Origin: a virus
Taxonomy: Duplodnaviria; Caudoviricetes
DNA length: 64,000 nucleotides
Reading direction: 5' to 3' (one strand)
Virus record (IMG/VR): IMGVR_UViG_3300043427_002668
Shown here piece by piece: positions 63,968 through 64,000 of the stretch (its first letter is position 1; each line of letters begins with the position of its first letter). The notes under the pieces are model-generated. The model was not told the DNA's origin and searched no databases. It saw only the letters and a list, made by a program, of their open reading frames with translations. The translations under genes were made by a program, and so were the position numbers.

Positions 63968-64000
63968 TCCTACTTTACCTACAGAGAATATAGATGAGGT
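63957..64000 (+). CDS. 5' start of the next gene (runs off the window)
   Basis: ATG GCT GGT AAT CCT... overlaps the gp51 stop; open to the window end. Confidence 0.4.
   Translation, partial: MAGNPTLPTENIDE

Overview
This window is part of an AT-rich T4-like cyanomyovirus genome (Kyanoviridae type), probably infecting picocyanobacteria. No cellular housekeeping context is visible. In order it contains: late/unknown genes; primase (gp61); class Ia ribonucleotide reductase (nrdA, nrdB); a GIY-YIG nuclease; a tail-type lysozyme; a tRNA island (9 tRNAs, one tRNA-like element, Dps, an HNH nuclease and several unexplained structured RNAs); a ~17 kb nucleotide-sugar/glycosyltransferase island that also carries nadE; a cyanobacterial porin; two hli genes; a peroxiredoxin; a C39 peptidase/lysozyme pair; a Pro/Glu repeat protein; psbA and psbD, each followed closely by a free-standing endonuclease; an inverted cassette of coiled-coil, collagen-like, papain-like and Tyr-rich genes; talC-ptox-zwf-gnd; speD; a glutamine-II-like riboswitch with a DUF4278-like peptide; thyX; phoH; gp33, gp59, gp32; and baseplate/head genes (gp53, gp48, gp2-like, gp4, gp54, gp26, gp51). 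The strongest new leads are: (1) an A-AAA-AAG heptamer plus hairpin that would fuse the C39 peptidase to an otherwise start-less lysozyme by -1 frameshifting; (2) a late-promoter cassette resembling spore-coat/exosporium genes; (3) locally recoded 3' ends of psbA (including M331S beside Mn ligand H332) and psbD next to homing endonucleases; (4) an NtcA box plus duplicated glutamine riboswitch module. All family assignments come from motif recognition by eye; no database searches or folding programs were run.
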